Below, one piece after another: positions 61,301 to 64,000 of a DNA stretch of 64,000 nt; position 1 is the stretch's first letter, and each line of letters opens with the position of its first letter. The notes under the pieces are model-generated. The model was not told the DNA's origin and did no database searches. It worked only from the letters and a program-made list of their open reading frames with translations. This DNA is from Botryllus schlosseri (lineage: Eukaryota): contig CM119384.1 in NCBI GenBank assembly GCA_051294905.1, positions 9,362,001 through 9,426,000 on the forward strand, read 5' to 3'. Made by a program: the position numbers and the translations under genes.

Positions 61301-63940
61301 CACGATGCCATCCATGTACGCTATGCGGCCCCGGTTATGAGATCACGGCACCGTGTTCACGAAGTAGCGACATTTTATGTGAGGACATAAACGAATGCGT
61401 TACCGGCACCTGTGGACTGCCGGAAGCCCAGTGCGTGAATACACCTGGTGGATATCTCTGCGTAGGTAATGTAACATCGTATGTAGGAACAAGATAAGAT
61501 ATCTTACCTTACTGTTAATTCCAAGGTCGATCATTTGTTTTTCAGAAGGTGAGGCAGTGGAGTAGTATAGTCCAAGTCAAACCACACATTTGTTTCATAA
61601 TCACCCCACCAACTGCCGCCCTTATAGAATAGCATAGAGCTGCCGATTTGTCGTGCCGGTAAATCTTCATAAGATGTACGCGAATTGTTCTTCGCGTGGG
61701 ATACAGCTGTATCCAAATGACGTACCGGCATGGCCTAGTGTAACTTAGTTTGAATGCCATATAAAAGACCACAAATCAGATATTGAAGCCGACCATTATA
61801 TAAGGGAACTCGTCCACGTATTAGGAACACATATTTTACTTTCCCGCCAGATCAGCTGATATTTATAGAATGTGATTTTTTTATTTCACTTTAGGAGGTG
61901 ACGCATCGTGTATCGACGATTACTACTTCAACAGAAGATCTTCTCAATGCGAACCATGCACTACCTGCCCATCTTTGGAGCATATTATTGTACCTTGTTC
62001 GAAATTCAGCGATTCTGTTTGCAGGTGAATTTACTTTCGGAAGCCCTTTTCGTCAAAGGAGCCATTTTTAACCTTATATTTTCAATTGTCAATGCCAATC
62101 CACTGTAACGTCACAATTAAAGATTCATGACATCATCGCTAAAAAGACATGTTTTAAACAAGGGCCCTTTTTTAAACATGTTTGTCTTAAATTTATTTTT
62201 GTTTTAAATACAACCCTAGCTACACACTTTTATCCGATCCGATCCCAGATAAACCTTCAATGATTCGATATATTCCATTACTAATAGATTTGCAATGCTA
62301 CACGTTACTTTCGTGGCCCCGCTTACAGGTAACGGGCATTGACAGTGGACAAGCCTACACATGCGGTGTTGTCTGACACCATTATAAGCCTCGAACTCAA
62401 GTCTCAATTGAGACGACCAGAGCGTGAAATAAGCCTATGCCCAATTAGCAACATTTACGCCGATTGGGCGGGTTTCTTATATGGACACTAACCGACGATC
62501 GAGCGAACTACTCAATCAATCATGTTGCAGAACTGACGATGTTGAACAACTTTCCGATGTATGGACTGGTGCGCTCACAAAGCCAAATAAGTTTTTGAAG
62601 AAAATACGAGATCTCGGAGGCGGTTTTTCACTGCCCTTTTCAGGTGCTGATAATACGTAGCGGAAGCTATTTTACCTATTTATTAAACTACCTGACTATT
62701 GGTTGGCTTCCGTTATTTATGAAATTCCCTTACCTCACGAAGTGTATCCGCAAAGATATCAGTTGCATAGGTAGTGCACACTTAATCCATGCCTCTTGGT
62801 TTCTCCGTCATTGGCGGGTAGGCCTACCATTCAATGGCGTTCATGCCCGCTTTTTTGCTCCAGACATCACTTTGCATAATCAGACGGTTGTCGAAATCAT
62901 AAAGAGCAAACGCCGGTCCAGGGATCGCACGGGCTCGTCCTCTTTGCGGAAAGAAAAAGAAAGCAAGATGAAACTTCTACAGCACGGAATCATTTGGATG
63001 GAATATAACATGGCGATAGTTCATTCTTGTCGCAGCTATATTCAGGTGTGGGTGTTTTTTTAGCGTGTAACTATAATTTATTATTGGATGATTGAGAGGA
63101 TCCTATATTGAAACGTTTTGCGGGTCTATAGATCCCAGGTTAAGAACCAATGCCTTCAACACGCTGTTACAGGTTTCTTTAATGATATCAAACGAAGATG
63201 ACCACGCGACAAATGATGGCGCCGTTTTAGGGCGCACGAGGTCGAGAATCGTTCATAGCGATTCATCTTACCGGTCTTTGGTCGCTACCAGATTGGAACA
63301 CACAACCGGTGACCGCTACAAATTCGTGAGCATGTCGGCGGTGGCCGAGATTCACCCGAAGCAAAATATTAAAGTAAGTATAGGATAAGTGGTTCTATCT
63401 TTGGAATATTGAGAAGTGCTTCTTCATCTTAACCTGGGTTCACACGAACCGCAGGAGTTCGCTGAGCTGGCTCCAGGGCTTTACTGGAGGTCAAGACATA
63501 CACCCAACTTTTTGACTTCGCGGACCCCTTTTGAACCGTCACGAAGTTCCGCGGACCCCCAAAGTTTTAGTTCAATTTTAGCTCCATTATCGCGCAACCG
63601 TCATCTGTTCTGTGCAAATATCAGTTGTAGGCTAGTGATAAACAGCAATAGAATAACAAATTAACCATTCATTAAAATGATATCATAGCCTACTATATAT
63701 GTAGAAATTCGGAAGGCTTTTATGATTTCAAAGCCAATTCTGTAGCTAAATTTCCTGCCTACGTGGCCATGTCTTGATAATCCGCGCCGGATATTTGATA
63801 TGAACCAATGCCGAACATTCATTTCCACAAAGATATAGGTGGTGGCGAACGTAATAATATCGCTCGACGCTTCCGACGATACCTTTGGCTATATGATCGC
63901 AACACAGGACATCAAAACTGAGAAACAGTTTTTAGTGTGA
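55362..63940 (+). CDS. Uncharacterised putative secreted protein: signal peptide, furin-like site, coiled coil, TNFR-Cys, EGF-Ca, TNFR-Cys, probable C1q/TNF-like domain (about 550 aa in the simplest model)
   Basis: Phase-compatible exons 55362-55548, 56810-56961, 58571-58695, 59263-59356, 59418-59550, 61166-61465, 61895-62024, [62288-62328 tentative], 62864-63045, 63173-63373, [63839-63940 tentative]. Features: MGYLRRYFISVIVAFVCGERVSC, RVKRR, heptad-like IKQQQQEIADQVKEIKKLF...LLQIQKGIRDQNAQMTALYSNLL, CHPCTLCGPGYEITAPCSRSSDILC, DINECVTGTCGLPEAQCVNTPGGYLC, CEPCTTCPSLEHIIVPCSKFSDSVC. Extra exons in 59551-61165 and 62025-62863 are possible. Confidence 0.75.
57216..58244. mobile_element. Pogo/Tc1-mariner-like non-autonomous element with TA TSD, in intron 2 of the TNFR/EGF gene
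   Basis: TA then GGGGAGATTTGGTACC ... GGTACCACATCTCCCC then TA: 16-bp TIR with 1 mismatch. Confidence 0.75.
57239..57660. repeat. Direct tandem duplication, 2 x 211 bp, inside the 57216-58244 element
   Basis: Track ORFs 57224-57415 and 57390-57626 end in the same peptide 211 nt apart; few mismatches between units. Confidence 0.92.
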
Positions 63941-64000
63941 ACAATGAACATATAACGTCCAGCATATAGTCATTTCTATCTAGCAGCTCTTCTTGAAGTT

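Noticed and set aside
62329-62770. Stop-codon readthrough or recoding, suggested by long open frames after an early TAA (62330) and TAG (62658)
   Set aside because: Conserved genes here contain no in-frame stops and end in TGA or TAG; ordinary splicing routes restore the frame without recoding.

Overview
This is intron-rich eukaryotic (animal, probably invertebrate) DNA with many short GT-AG introns of about 55-100 nt and the standard genetic code. It is not prokaryotic, and I found no rRNA, tRNA or CRISPR features. Most ORFs in the supplied track are exon fragments or antisense noise, so I rebuilt the genes by hand from splice sites and reading-frame phase. Four recognisable + strand genes: vigilin/HDLBP (108-11630, 27 coding exons), ubiquitin-activating enzyme UBA1 (22568-35242, 21 coding exons), a single-exon MoaC/MOCS1B-like cPMP synthase with no MOCS1A partner nearby (39479-40105), and a KLHL1/4/5-type BTB-BACK-Kelch gene (41082-52333). 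A fifth + strand gene (55362 to about 63940) encodes an apparently secreted protein with signal peptide, furin-like site, coiled coil, TNFR-type Cys repeat, Ca-binding EGF, second TNFR-type Cys repeat and a probable C1q/TNF-like C-terminus. This architecture is the most unusual item in the window. Introns and spacers hold many non-autonomous DNA transposons: several hAT-like families with 8-bp TSDs (one a 619-bp full-length hairpin), one piggyBac-like element with TTAA TSD, and two pogo/Tc1-like elements. A nest of three near-identical CR1/L2-group LINE 3' ends, two of them inverted, lies between UBA1 and the MoaC gene. Three weakly supported minus-strand orphan gene candidates are also noted. 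All coordinates were counted by eye, and no database searches were run.
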